A stretch of 64,000 nucleotides of DNA from an uncultured Gammaproteobacteria bacterium. Lineage in GTDB: Bacteria > Pseudomonadota > Gammaproteobacteria > UBA9214. Below are positions 63,437-64,000 of this stretch, one piece after another. Numbering within the stretch: position 1 is the first letter of the stretch; each line of letters starts with the position of its first letter. Below the pieces are notes generated by a model, which did not search any database, had not been told where the DNA came from, and saw only the letters and a program-made list of their open reading frames with translations. The translations under genes were made by a program, and so were the position numbers. The DNA is taken from NCBI GenBank assembly GCA_963748215.1, contig CAVVHS010000001.1, forward strand, positions 12,539-76,538. Direction: 5' to 3'.

Positions 63437-63910
63437 TCAGTGCTTGCGCAGGATGCGCTGTTTCTCGCGCATCCAGTCTCGATCCTTTTCCGAAGCGCGC
63501 TTGTCATGGCTTTGCTTGCCGCGCGCAAGTGCGATCTCGATTTTTGCCATGCCTTTCTTCCAGTACAGCGCCGTTGGCACGAGCGTATAACCCTTGCGCT
63601 CGACCGCGCCTATCAGCCGGTCAAGTTCGTTGCGGTGCAGCAGCAGCTTGCGGGTGCGGGTCGGATCGGGCGTGACGTGCGTCGATGCGCTTAGCAGCGG
63701 CGCAATACGGAACCCGAGCAGCCAGGCCTCGTTGTTCTTGATGATGATGTAGCTCTCGGTCAGCTGCACGCGTCCCTCGCGCAGGCTCTTCACTTCCCAG
63801 CCCTGCAATGCCAGTCCTGCCTCGAAGCGATCCTCGATGAAAAAATCGTGACGGGCCTTCTTGTTGAGCGCGATGGTGCTCGATCCGGGTTTGGATGTCT
63901 GCTTTGCCAT
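63437..63910 (-). CDS. smpB: SsrA-binding protein
   Basis: [32 protein letters not shown]. Confidence 0.98.
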   Translation of the reverse strand: MAKQTSKPGSSTIALNKKARHDFFIEDRFEAGLALQGWEVKSLREGRVQLTESYIIIKNNEAWLLGFRIAPLLSASTHVTPDPTRTRKLLLHRNELDRLIGAVERKGYTLVPTALYWKKGMAKIEIALARGKQSHDKRASEKDRDWMREKQRILRKH

Positions 63911-64000
63911 GAATGCGGATAGTGGACGTGACCAGGACGCATCTTACCGTGCCGGGTGCGGTTGTGATAGCCGGGCATTTCTTGGACAATGCCGGTGCTG

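Overview
This is a GC-rich gammaproteobacterial chromosome segment, mostly core genes: nrdR-ribD-ribE-ribBX-ribH-nusB-thiL-pgpA, folE2-ispA-xseB, rubrerythrin/Fe-S oxidoreductase/DUF3501, parE-parC, tonB-exbB-exbD plus an OprC-like receptor, an adenylate cyclase, fimX/fimW-like genes, epmB-efp-epmA, an Mla/Pqi-type ABC system, trmJ-cysE-iscR, hsp20, feoAB, ssrA, htpX and smpB. An accessory stretch (about 8.0-18.9 kb) holds a ~1600-aa PlsAR/Ger-like activator-reductase fusion, a membrane-domain/HflC-like fusion and AT-richer cargo (frameshifted DUF1566-like PEP-CTERM gene, secreted proteins, an IS30 end, gene stubs). Two clusters of regularly spaced 12-6-12 bp imperfect palindromes with recurring cores bracket that cargo; this is the best candidate for an undescribed recombination/cassette system, though no recombinase gene is in the window. 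Small repeats include GTAG-type REPs, a CTAG-flanked MITE, CCACGGAA hairpins and a GGA-hairpin element, one copy of which sits in the T-loop of a duplicated tmRNA 3' end. Frameshifts in parE, tonB and trmJ probably reflect assembly errors. All calls come from motif recognition by eye; no searches were run.
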